Origin: Squalus acanthias
Lineage: Eukaryota
Direction of reading: 5' to 3'
DNA: 64,000 nt
Assembly (NCBI GenBank): GCA_030390025.1
Contig: CM059432.1
Location: 69,008,001 to 69,072,000 of the forward strand
A program made the position numbers and the translations under genes. The notes under the pieces were generated by a model that saw only the letters and a program-made list of their open reading frames with translations, searched no databases and was not told the DNA's origin. Positions 50,151 to 62,400 of the stretch are shown piece by piece. Every line of letters starts with the position of its first letter. Within the stretch, counting starts at the first letter, position 1.

Positions 50151-50687
50151 AGCCTGGATTTTGCAGTCAGCGGCGAAAGAACGGCACTTGTCGTTCAGTA
50201 CGCTGACAGTTACCCACAAAGTTTTCGTGGGCTTTTGAGTGGAGACTTGCTTCATCAAGCATCTGATCCAGCGTGACGCCCTCTACAGGGAATCTGTGGC
50301 ATGTGTGAGCAAGCAAGCAACAGCGTGGCTGTTCAACCAATCAGATTGAAGAATCCTCACTGCCAGAGAGATTGTTTGGCAGCAATTATTACTTATCACG
50401 CCGTTAAAATTCACTTATACATGAATGCACCAGCCCTAATGTTTTCTGCCATGTTTAGTGGGTAAGTACCGCAACTTCACGCCCTTACATGGATTTCAAT
50501 GCCGAGTCTATCGACGAGGTACTGTTACAGTGCTGCCTGTGGAGGAGCAGGGTAACTCAGACCACAACCTCTGGATTTCTGCATTTATCTATGCATGTGC
50601 ATACTCCGGAAGTTGCTGTCCGATTTACTCCTTCATACTGATGAACGCTATTAGCCTCACCGTTGTTCTCAACGCAAAATCCAGGCC
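50151..50687. mobile_element. Harbinger-type MITE (related fragments ~51925-52170 and ~61800-62400)
   Basis: TIR GCCTGGATTTTGC / GCAAAATCCAGGC. Confidence 0.8.
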
Positions 50688-53432
50688 ATTATATCCACTT
50701 CCAAAATTATCCTACACCACTGCTGGTAGCTCCACAGCTCTGCATCTATACATCCCCCACATTCTCACTGTTCCCAACCCTGCAATTTGATGAAATTTTA
50801 CAACTCAACAACCTCACAGTGCTCCAGCTGCAAGATCCAATTACCTATGACCTCACTGCCCATCTGAGAATTGAAGCTATAGAACTGACCTTAAACATGA
50901 TGGAGGTGATTTTCAAATGCCAGTCGCCTGTTTCTCACATGAAAAATGGGCAGCTGGCTGTTGAAAATCGGTGAAGGGGGCACCTCAGCCTCCATTGATG
51001 CAATTTCCAGATGCGCCTATAAATGGGTGAGCAACACAAAAACCTATTTCTGGCGGAAGCCTGCTTACATATGCAAATCTGGGTCTTACACTGCCTGTAA
51101 GACCCCATTGACAATTTTTCAGGTGCAAGTTGGCTAATTTTGAACCTAACCAGTGTGAGTACCTACAGATTGCCGGTGGCACCTAAGTGAGGCTTGGACC
51201 CTAAAATGGTTCGGGCCTCCTGATGTCGGCTACGGGCGAGCAGCACGCTGCTCTACTGACTTTATGCCCATTTCAGGCAGAGGTCTAACATTGTCTTTAA
51301 TATATTAATCTGCATTGAAAAGAAACAGCTGGATGATTTGCTTTAAAATCTCAACAAGGATGTGATCTTATCAGAATTGATGTTAAATAGGCTCAGTGAT
51401 GTACAAATAAAGCTCTACAAAGGCTGAATGTGATTTGGGCTCATATACAGTTAATATTTCAGATAAATCTTGCACTCAAATTCACTAAGTTCTGTAACTT
51501 GCCTATGTGAAAGTGATTTCCTCATTAAAGGGGAATTTCCAGGAGCCTGCCCATTTGTGTCACCGTTAGCTGCTGTTGCTATGGTGTAACATTGACAGTT
51601 AGTAAAAGAAATACAGGAAGAGCTCTGATTGGATGCTGCGTTTGGCTTTTGTCTATTTCAGCTGTACTTAATTTCCTTACATTGTGACACAGGTTCAGTC
51701 TGGAGATGGGGTGGGCATTTACTCCGAATAGCCAATGATGTCATCACAGATATTGAATCTGTGAACTAGTTAGTGGAAAGAATTATTGTATTTCAAATTA
51801 TATTTTATGTGGAACTCAAAGCTGGAAGATATTCTGTCATACACAGTAGTTTCTATAATTAAAAAAAACACTAGCCAGCACAGGATCGCTACGCCAATGC
51901 AACTGAAAGGACTGTTAAAATTATGGCCTGGATTTTGCAGTCAGTGGCGTACCTAAGGAGTATGTCGCCGGCATCTGAGCAGAATGTGTACTTACTTGAT
52001 GAGGACCCTCCTTTGCGAACTTGCTGGCAGACGCTGCATACTAGAGGGCGGCGTAATGGCCAACGGATCCCAAGGGCGCAACGTGTGCGGAAGCGTACCT
52101 GGGATCACGTGGGCCGGTGCTCCAATCAGCAAACAGAAGCAACATGTATTTGGAGAATTGATCTTTGAAGCTTTCTCAGGAAAAGAATAAAAGGAAATAA
52201 AAACAGGAAAAGAATAAATAAATCCAAGGAAAAGAGGAGGCAGATTCTAGTAGTTAAACGGCACTCGGAAGAATCAGGGTGAAATTCAGTTAAATTAACA
52301 TCTGCTACATTCCCATTTCTTTTAAAGAAATACAAATTTAACAACATCCACTGTAAGTTATTAGATGATTCTGTGGGTATGCCTGTCAATTTGTGCTAAT
52401 ATTCTACATTTTCTCCGGGTGCCGTCTCAAATGAGATACTCAGGTTCTACAACTTTATATATTCCTGGATGTCATCTAATTGGAAGAAAAAGCATTTTTT
52501 AAATTCCAATCCAGTAATAAAGCATCAGATGAAGATTTTTTATTGACGGGTGTCCCCTTACGCTGTGCAAACAGGCCAATGGACAGCTTGGCCGGCGGGT
52601 GGGAGGGAACACCAGAGGCAGGAGGCTGCTGCCAGAGTTCATTAGGGACAGTCCCCAGAAATCAGGAGGTCGGAGAGGCCCAGCAATCGGGGGAGGGGAG
52701 AGAAGTTGGGAATCAGGAGGGCTGGGAGGAGGTCGGCAATCTGGGATGGGGGGGGGGGGGAGGGGGCTGGGAGGAGGTCGGCAATCGGCGGGGGGTGGAA
52801 GCTGGCAATCAAGACTGGGTGAGGCCGGAGGCGTCCTTGAAAGGCCAAGGGGAGCACTCCTACTCCTGGCCCACAAGGAGTGCTGAAAAAGATATTTACC
52901 TTGTGGAGCCGGCAGCTCCCACCTCCCTTTCACGGCCAGGTTTCCCGAAACCGGGAATCCCAAGCAGCAACAGTCAATTCTAAATTATGCTCGCAATTGC
53001 ACTCTGGGAGCCCGATTTAAATCTGTTAATTAAGTGACCCGCCTCCCCATAGCGGGACACTCAGACGTCTCGATATCTGTCACGGCAAATAAGGCGGCGG
53101 GCATGTGCGCAGCCTGTTGAGGTCACGCTTCCTGTATTTAAGTCTTTAACCTCCCCAGACCCTCACCAGCCCGTTGTAGGGGTGGGGGTTAATATCAAGG
53201 CCACTGATTCCGCAATCCAATGCTTCCAGTGGGCATGGCCCTTGCAGGGACTGGTGAATCACGAATCACCCGAATGCGAATTGTAAACTCATTCGAAATA
53301 TTCTCCCTAAAACCCCACTTCAAATTCAGAATATTACTTTGAGGGTCTTGGGTTATAGTTCATAATCGTATATTGAGTTCTATAGGAGTGGGTTTAGGTG
53401 TTGACAATTGCAGCACCTGCCTCTGTGCTTAC

Positions 53433-53549
53433 CTGAGGTGGCCAGAGTTGAAGTCTAAGATGTGCTGAAGTAGATTTTGTCAGAGAAGTTTGGAGCGCAT
53501 CCCCACTGTCATTGTGAGTATCAGGCCGCTGGGTAGTTCCAACGAATAG
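53433..53549 (-). CDS. Candidate host exon (LFVGTTQRPDTHNDSGDALQTSLTKSTSAHLRLQLWPPQ)
   Basis: TTTTATCAG acceptor, CAG|GTAAGC donor; 117 nt, phase 0-0, open. Confidence 0.5.
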
Positions 53550-54261
53550 CTGATAAAATTTATGGCATTAAAACGTTCCTTCCCAAAGCACAGGTTCTCT
53601 CAAATTCCAATGTGTGTGAGATGCAGTCTCTCACTGGGTTACTCTGTTCTAACAAATGCAGAATAAAAATAAGTAAATAAACCAGTTTACACACAATCCA
53701 CTTTTATTGTGTGCTGTTTCTATTTACAATTATGTTGTACTTTTACTTCTGTTTTCATTTACTTTAATTGACATTTATAATGATAAAAATATGTTTAAAT
53801 ATCAATCCTTTTTCTAAGGATAGGGAATGATACTGAGTTCTGAACTTGATACTTGCTGCCATATACCTAGGGAAGTTTGTTATTAGATTTCCGCCATTCA
53901 TGTAAACAGTAACTAGAATCATAGAATGATACAGCGCAGAAGGAGGCCATTTGGCCCATCGTGCCTGTGCTGGCTCTTTGGTAGAGCTAATCAATTAGTC
54001 CCATTCCCTTGCTCTTTCCCCACAGTCCTGTAATTGTTTTCATTCAAGTATTTACCCAATTCTCTTTTGAATGTTGCTATTGAATCTGCTTCCACTACCC
54101 TTTCAGGTTATGAAAATTTGGTGCATATCAATTAAACGTGACTTGCATTGCTAAATGAAAATCTTGCAAATACAAAACTATTAATTTAAATAGCTTTTAC
54201 ACCAAAGTATGCAAATATGGCATCATGAATGTTCATGTAGTATATGGAGCTTTAAATATTT

Positions 54262-55028
54262 GGGAGGAAAAATTTGGTTGCTTTGTACCTCCTGTTAGCG
54301 CCCTAAGAGGGCGCTAATGGGGTGCAAAGCAACTAGCGCCCGGGCGCGGCACCGCCAACGCCTCCACGAAATTCAATGGGAGGTTAGCGGTGGCGGTAAC
54401 CGTTAGCGCCCAGCGGCGCTGTGCCACCGGTGATGACGTCATCGCCGTGCGCAGCGCCCTGCTCGCGCCCCGGCCACGATCTTCGGTAGCGTCCCCTGAC
54501 TTACCGCCGGACGCTATGTCCGACGGGGTCAGGGGGGCCTACCTGCAGCCGGGGCGGCGCTATTTAAAGGCGAGGTGCCAGGCGGCTATTTTTGTTGCTG
54601 GCCGCCTGCCAGCACCTGCCTCCGCTGCCGTCCCCGGCCTCCAGACCCGCCCCCCGCGGAGTGCCGGCTGTGCTCCATGAGCCCAGCACTTCTCTTGAGT
54701 GCCGGGCTCTTTTGCTGGCACTCCCGATCCCCGGGGGCCCAGCTGGGCCCCGGGACGCACTGCACAAGGCCCCTCCCCTTTAAGAAGGGAAGGCCTGCAA
54801 TACCGCGGCACGACGTGCCACAGCGCATGGCACTGCAGCACGTAGCACCGCAATATTCCCTCGCAGCGCCCCAAGAGGGAGGCAGGGCGCTTCCAGTAGT
54901 GCCCCGCTTCCCTCTTGGGGCACTACCACTCAATTTCGGCTGCGGGGGCACTAATTTTTCTGCGGCGCTAAAAGTAGCGCCACGGTGAACTTAGCACCCC
55001 AGAGGGGGCGCGACTCAATTTCTTCCCC
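54262..55028. mobile_element. GC/CpG-rich Harbinger MITE related to C
   Basis: GGGAGGAAAAATT / AATTTCTTCCCC termini; many AGCGCC/GGCGCT subterminal motifs as in C. Confidence 0.75.
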
Positions 55029-56489
55029 TTGGTATTTAAATCTGAATTTATTAATGCAACTACAAAGTTGGGCAAAAATCAGCCTTCCTAATCACATTAC
55101 TGATTTATAGTGTTCAATACTAGACCCAGCTATTGATTTCTGTACCTAACTCTGGCTCCATCTAAAGAATCCAAAGACATGCTGATCTCAGAAATGTATT
55201 GATCAGAACTCCCTGTCGCCAGCTCAGTGTACAATTAACATGCTGTGCATGAAGTCACTATTGTATATTAAAGCACAGACATCTCCTGAGGTGAAAGGTT
55301 AAATGCTAAGCAGTAGAGAATTCAGAAATATTGCTATGATTAGGTCTGTGGAGCCACCAGAGGTCACGGCCACTGGTAGCGAGTTGCTTTCAAAGAGTGA
55401 CAATATGGTTCACCAGCCGTCTTTCTTTTCAACAAATCTGGGTTCTATCTTGTTCCACTAGACCAGCTCCAACTTTAATGGCAAATATTTACTAGTCCCA
55501 GGACTGGGTGAGTGGATTACTACTTTTGATGTATTCACGCCTTAGAAGCATTCTGGACCTATGACTGACCTGCTTATGTTTGCAATGTATGTTTATACAA
55601 CCCACCTGGATTTGAGGGTACTTGCTAGAAAATCAGAAACTTAATTCAGGTGCGAGTTCCAAGTGGATAGAATGCCGTTTTGAGTGTCATAGCTAGGTAC
55701 AGCATTGTGAAGTTCAGCGAGGCACCCTGATCACATGAAAATGCATCAGAAGGTTATGAAGCCCAATCCCATCAAAATGGGCCGGAAAGCAGTCCAAGTA
55801 CTACAAGAGAAATGACAATGTATAACCCATCCACTGAGAAATTGTTGCTTGAACTTTGACTAGAGGAATGATTCCTAAAAGGAGTATAGAAGAAAATAAC
55901 TCACATCTGCTTATTTGGTAGTGGAACATTCTAGACCTGCCTGAACTCATTTTACCCTATTTATGCTAATATGAAACTTGCATTGAGTATATGTGAGATC
56001 TGAAAACATTCTAGCTCCGATATTTCAAAGCCCCACAGGGCCTCATAGGCAGCAAGTCATATAAACAGGTACTTAACCTCAGTCTACTGATTCGCAGGGC
56101 ACCTGATTTTCTGACTAGCGATTTGGGACAAATAATGAGGCCCATGGTGCAAGGCCTTGCCCATAAAAAGTAGGCATGAGGGGCCCCAGTACCTGGTGTG
56201 CTCAGTAGGCCTGTAAATGGCAGAAGGAGAATTCTGTTTCAGGTAAAACAAATTGTACTTTACCTCGTGCTGCAATTTGCTCCATGCATCTGTTGATTTT
56301 GTTGGATAGTCCTTGATACTTTCATTTTTGTGCTTTTTTCCCCTGCCAATATTTTTTCATTGTTATTGGTTGTTGCTGGCATTTAAATTGTATCATATAA
56401 AATGCTGAGGATGGATATCCCTTTGGGAAATCACTACCTAATTGAGATGCAGATGAGAGTTTCTCAAGGGTCAACAAATGCAACTGCAA

Positions 56490-57764
56490 TGACCATTTTG
56501 GCCACATTTATCAATATCGCAGGCCCTGTGTTTATCGACCCCTCCACATGTATCTGGACATGTCAGAGGACATCTGTCTTTGTTGCCTCTGATTCACTAG
56601 ACAGGTTGCCACAGAGTTGTGCATCTGCTGTACAATGACCTGTACACAAATCAAGATCAGGGAGGGTTCTTCTAGAAGTGAAGGTTACCATAGCATAAAG
56701 ATTTCCTTCCACTGAATTCATCCAAGCCCCATATCAGGGCATCTGCACAGTGCACATATGTATTGAGCAAGTGACAGGCTCTATGTTGGCAAGAGGAAAC
56801 ACCTCCATCACTTTTTCCTTAGAAAAAAAGGGGCAGCTTGACAGGATACACAGCCTTCATCATGTGATGGGGTTCCCTTGAGTGCAAACTGCCACACATG
56901 GTATCCATGTAAGCATAGGAGTTTTTCATATCAACCCAATGGTGTTCATGAACTGAAAAGGTTCACACTCAACTAATGTTCAAGTATTGATTACAGAAAC
57001 ATCATTATGCATGTCAGTGGCCATTATCCAGGAAGTAGCCTTAATGCTTTCATTTTATGGCAGCCTATGGAGCCTATATTGTCTGAAGGAGAAGAAACAC
57101 TGGATGGATGGTTCTTGCATTTCCTACATTAAAAGCAGTGACTACACTTCAAAAGTACTTCATTGGCTGTAAAGCGCTTTGGGATGCCCTGAGGTCATGA
57201 AAGACGTTATATAAATGCAAGTCGTTCTATTTTTTCTTTTCTTAGGAGATTATGGTTGCTGAGCCACTGAGAACTTTCTAATAGCAGAGGAGAATCTCAG
57301 CCTGGGCATCATTGGGTGTTCCTCCTCCTTCTCCAAATGAAATGTGCCATGCCGCTTAGTCAGTGAAAAAGAGTGTGCAAAAGGGCAATGGTTGTACAGA
57401 AAACTTGAAATGGTACCTTCTGGAGGGTATGGCATTTCCCAACTGAGGTTAGTGCCATGATTTATGGGCTCCACAACAAATGTGCACAAAAGCAAGGAAC
57501 ACACATGGACCTTTGGCTTACTCCTCATACAGTCAAACCTATTCTTCATCTGCAGCCAGGTACAAGGGACCTGGGTGATTATATTGGCTCAGTCGGCAAA
57601 CTCCCTCCATGCAACAGGCGTCTGTGCTTGTATATTGCAGTGTGATCTTCAGTCCCGAATAGGACCATCTTCCTTTGGTGCACATCCTGCAGAAGGACCA
57701 CTAAATCTTCAGCATCAAAGGGAGCAATGTAGTTTACATGTCTCCGCTGTGCCATTGTGAGCAA
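56490..57764. pseudogene. Highly degenerate Harbinger G: transposase (+, ~56490-57110) and Myb exon (-, ~57560-57764)
   Basis: VYRPLHMYLDMSEDICL; APFDAEDLVVLLQDVHQRKMVLFG. Confidence 0.7.
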
Positions 57765-59010
57765 TTAGTGCACGCTTCTGCCACTACTACAACTTTCTCT
57801 TTTATAGTGAGCTTAAACCCTTGGAGAGCTGTTGTCTGGCTGAATTTTATTCTCCCAAGCCAAGTATTTTACAGACCAAGCTCTTAGACGATTTCTTCTT
57901 GAGCCAGTAACCTTTCCAAATTAGGGAGAATGATTCTCAAAATTCAGTGTGGCCCGCCCCATGCAATGGCTTTTGACTCCAATTTTGGGTTAATTCCCAA
58001 ATTTTGCTCAATTTGGATCATTGTATTTGGCTTGCCTTTTAAAACATTGCACCTTGTAAACCAATAACTACTGCTGCAAGTGTATGTTTGTTGACATCAG
58101 TTAAGGACAGGATCAGATTCTGCAGTGATGCCCTCCAATATCGAGTAGCCTGCCAATATTACATGCTAAATAGGCACTTGGGGGGGAGGTACCAAAAGCT
58201 GCCAGCTCCCAAGGAATCCCCATAAGGCAGTAGTAGTATGGGAAGAAAATTGAAAACATATAGCAGTATTTATCAATAGAGAAACAACACCAAAACAACA
58301 ACTTACATTTATATAGCATCTTTAATGTGGGAAATGTTCCGAGGTGCTTCCAGAGGCATAAGGAAAAAATGAATGCGACCAAAGAAGCAGATATTAGGCG
58401 GGGTGATCAAAATTGAAGAGGTGGGTTCTAAACAGAATGTTCTTCGATATTGTTTATGTGATCTATGTTTGCCAAGTGATTGCCACCTCTGGTTGCACTG
58501 ACAGCAACTATAAATGCTTTTAAAACTATACTGTTCACATTTCAATTTTTTTTTAAACCTAACATTATGGTCCTTTTTTCTTGCTGGTTCAGTAGGGTAG
58601 GGGATCTAACCCAGGTGACCAAGTGATGGGTTATGTGCTTGTAGTCCTTGGCACTGTTAGGGGACGGATTTGTTTAGGTTAGGCCTGTCTGCATCTGATC
58701 CCCGATGGTGTTGAGATGAGTCTGCACCCATTTGTCCAAACAAAATGTCTTGCTTGCTGCCGAGATTTGGATTGGATTTTTTCACATAGCTGTCTGAGGA
58801 ATATCTTATCTGACCTCCCTCCTGCATCATACACTACACAGTCAACGTCTCTTAGCTTTTAAATATGGAAGGAAGATTCAATGCAGGAATACGAACCTGC
58901 CCCTATGCACATCATCATAAAATTACATTAGAAGATTAAAGAAAACATTGTTTAAATTCAGTGAACAGGCACTTTACCTATATGGCAAAAGATCAATGAT
59001 ACAGCTCAAC

Positions 59011-59193
59011 CTGTCGTTTTAGTGATGAGAGCCTGGTGACTGATGTCATGTAATGTAAACAGGACAGGGCAGTGAGGGGAAATAAACCACTGTGAGTAAA
59101 CCAGCACTCCTCCCAGAACCAAGTGAGCCGCAGAGGGCAGGTCCGAGCCCAGGACGGGTTTCCTGGTGCCGATGTCAATGAGGTATCAGTGCA
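59011..59193 (-). CDS. Candidate host exon (CTDTSLTSAPGNPSWARTCPLRLTWFWEECWFTHSGLFPLTALSCLHYMTSVTRLSSLKRQ)
   Basis: TGCTGTAG acceptor, CAG|GTTGAG donor; 183 nt, phase 0-0; joins in frame to 53433-53549. Confidence 0.5.
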
Positions 59194-59506
59194 CTACAGC
59201 AAGGTCACTTTGAGGACACAATGTGGAGAGTCTCTGAGTCATTTTCAAGTCACTGAAGAAAGACAATAGAATGGAAGCTCGAGGCCTTAGCGTTGTTTTA
59301 GTAGTGTCTGCCTCTCTGTTAAATAAACTGCAGTTGAACACTTTGCGATGACAAACCAAACTCACCCAACCTAATCAATCCACTTACTGAATCTAATCAG
59401 GAAGTTAGCTCCCAAGTTCAAACTTGGTAAAGGAAAGGAACTTTAAATCAAAGTATTGACATGAGTAGAAAAATAAAGTTTATTTTAAGTGCTGTTCTGT
59501 AATGTC

Positions 59507-59541
<35 letters not shown>

Positions 59542-59623
59542 GCACAAGGTGGGAGCACAACAAAGTAACCAGGATGGAAAATGTAGGTTGTGCAGTGTAG
59601 CGAGGCAAACATTTTAGCAGCCA

Positions 59624-59681
<58 letters not shown>

Positions 59682-59869
59682 TTTCACACTATTGAAACAC
59701 GTTCAGACATTGTTTATAAATAATACAATAACATTGTTCAGGAACATCAGTTTTTCGTATCCACTGTCTATACGGCCTATTCAGAAAATCTCTTTCTGCA
59801 CATCACTGCCCAAGTCATTTATTTTTCACTGATTTATTAATGATTGGTATGCAATCTCTGCATTTCAAG

Positions 59870-60045
59870 AACAGATTAGTGGGGAGGCGGATCACCCTGG
59901 CACAGTGAGGGAAGTGAGTCACCCTGGCACAAACAGATTTGTGGGGAGGTGATCACCCTGACACAGTGAGGGAAGCAGGTCACCCTGGCATAAACAGATT
60001 AGTAGGGAGGGAGTTCACCCTGGCATAGTGAGGGAAAAGGGCCCT
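59870..60045 (+). repeat. Minisatellite, ~61-bp unit, ~2.8 copies
   Basis: AACAGATTAGTGGGGAGG..TCACCCTGGCACAGTGAGGGAAG..TCACCCTGGCA repeated. Confidence 0.85.
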
Positions 60046-60047
60046 CA

Positions 60048-60510
60048 AGTGTCAGCTGTGGCTCAGTTGGTAGCACCCTCGCCTCTGTGTCAGAAGGTTG
60101 TGGGTTTGAGTCCCACTCCAGAGACTTGAGCACAAAAACCTAGGCTGACACCCCAGTGCAGTGCTGAGGGCGTGCTACACTGTCAGAGGCGCCTTCTTTA
60201 GGATGAGACATTAAACCGAGGCCCTGTCAGCCCTCTCAGATAACTCCCCTCTCTGTTTCAAAGAAGAGCAGGGGAGTTATCCCCAATGTCCTAGCCAAAA
60301 TGTATCCCTCAATCAACATCACCAAAACAGATTATCTGGTCATTATCACATTGCTGATTGTGGGAGCTTGCTGTGTGCAAATTGGCTGCCGTGTTTCCTA
60401 CATTACAACAGTGACTCCACTTCAAAAAGTACTTCATTGGCTGTAAAGAGCTTTGGGACGCCTGGTGGTCGTGAAAACTGCTATATAAATGCAAGTCTTT
60501 CTTTTTTTTC
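60048..60510 (+). mobile_element. Deu-domain tRNA SINE (SacSINE1-like)
   Basis: A box TGGCTCAGTTGG, B-box-like GGTTTGAGTCC, GGATGAGACATTAAACCGAGGCCC core, L2-like tail. Confidence 0.88.
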
Positions 60511-61294
60511 TGTCACAAACAGACTGGGGAAGAGGGGGGTTGCCCCGGCAGAGACATTTGAGGGCAGGGGTTACCATGCTGCTTGCCTATGGCATTATTA
60601 TAATGGAAATGGTGAGCAGCAGTTCCGCTATCCTCAGGCATAAAGACAGCCCCTTCTATATACACATACACAGAGCCATGTTTAGCCTCAGATTGGCCCT
60701 GTTCTCATAGGACTGAGTGAGACTGAGGTACCAAGCCCTGTCTGCCGAGTTACAGAGGCAGACACTAAAACCCTTCCACTCCGCACATTAATGCACCCTC
60801 AGTGTTACCTGACCCCAGGCTCCAGACAACACCACTATCACACCTCCCGCGCAAACAGAGCCACCCCATTGGCCAGCACTCACCCTCCACTCTGCCTTTC
60901 ATTGGTCCAAACCGAAGCCAATTCGGTCAAAGCCAAACTGTCATCAAAAACCGTGATCCGTCCTTTCATTGGTCCGTTGCTGCCAATAATCTGTCAATCA
61001 ACAGTGGGCCCTGTTGATTGGTCCATCTCTGAGCCCCTGAGTGTAGGCATGGATTTACGCGAACTGCAATTAAGCTGAATGGCGCTCATTCAAATAAAAT
61101 GGCAGCTTGTGTATTCGGGGACGAGTTTTGTTAACCGAGGACTCTTCTGGGGACATTGTTTGTAAGGGGACACAGTACCTCATCCGAGGACTGTCCCTTG
61201 AAAACGGGGTCATATGGTCACTCTAGGTTAGAGAGGGACTAGGTTGAAGACTCAATGACACTTTATATATGCATTCTATTTTTAGGGCTATAAT

Positions 61295-61612
61295 TTCTTC
61301 GACAGCACCTCCCAAACCCGTGACCTTTACCACCTAGAAGGACAAGGACAGCAGGCATATGGGAACACCAGCACCTCCAAGTTCCACTCTAAGTCACACA
61401 CCATCCTGACCTGGAAATATATTGCCGATCCTTCATCATTGCTGGGTCAAAATCCTGGAACTCCCTCCCTAACAGCACTATGGGAGTACCTTCACCACAT
61501 GGACTGCAGCAGTTCAAGAAGGCGGCTCACCACCACTTTCTCAAGGGCAATTAGGGATGGGCAATAAATGCTGGCCCTGCCAGTGACGTCCACATCCCAG
61601 GAACAAATAAAA
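61295..61612 (+). mobile_element. 3' fragment of the second LINE family
   Basis: Aligns to 41600-41915. Confidence 0.88.
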
Positions 61613-62400
61613 TACATTTATATATGATATTTTGACCCATATAAATTATGATGAGTATATTTCCCTTTGGAGATGCTGTAATTTTAAATCGTAGCAATTG
61701 TGATGGGTCAATATAAGAAATATTTAGGAGATAGAATAGAAATGCAAAGAATAAAAAAAGATTTGTATTTGGAGAGCACCTTGTCACATTTCAAAGCATG
61801 CGGTAGGAATAACAGTGAGGCTATCTGCATTCACCATTAATATGGAGTAAATTGGACAGTGACTTCCAGCATCCGCACATGCGCAGTTAAACATGGAAAT
61901 CAGGAAGTTGCTGGCTAATTTGCCCTGCTCCTCCACAAGCTTCACTATACCGGTACCTCGCCGAGAGACACGGCATTAAAGCAAATGAAGGGCGTGAAGT
62001 TGCGGTCCTTACCCACTAGATACCCCCTAAACATGCCAGAAAATGTTAGGGCTTGTCCATTCAAGCGTAAGTGAATTTTTAATGGCGTGATCAGTCTTAA
62101 TTACTACCAAACATACTCTCCAGCACTGAAAATTTACTTCTCCAAGTGTGGAGTCTCATTCCTTCAAATTTTAATTATTGTTGGAAATTTTTAAAAAATT
62201 AAAAATTAAAATAATTTTTTTTACTATTTCTTTCTGTCTCTTTTATTTCTCTCTCTCTTAATCCCATCTTTCTTTTCTTCTCTTTATTTTGCTTTCTGTA
62301 CATGATTTTACACTGAATTAAATATTCTAACTTACACTTTCTGATTTAGACTCTGCGGGTGTTATTTTGGTGAAAGGATGAAACAGGCGCTAAGTGGGTG

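Larger units (their letters stand above)
59506..61225. mobile_element. Probable non-autonomous hAT (Blackjack-like) element
   Basis: Termini CAGGGTGACCATAT / ATATGGTCACTCTA with subterminal GGGAC/GTCCC; no clear TSD. Confidence 0.6.

Noticed and set aside
54390..54988. Multiple overlapping ORFs (also 52480-52983)
   Set aside because: Stop-poor GC-rich MITE sequence with no recognisable domain
56263..56345. Possible host exon ending ..MEQIAAR with GTAAAG donor
   Set aside because: No clear acceptor; equally explicable as a decayed Harbinger Myb remnant beside element G
59870..60045. CRISPR-like repeat-spacer pattern around TCACCCTGGCA
   Set aside because: The spacers themselves repeat; eukaryotic minisatellite with no cas genes
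60048..60125. tRNA gene
   Set aside because: Head of a SINE continuing into the Deu core and tail; same at 62876
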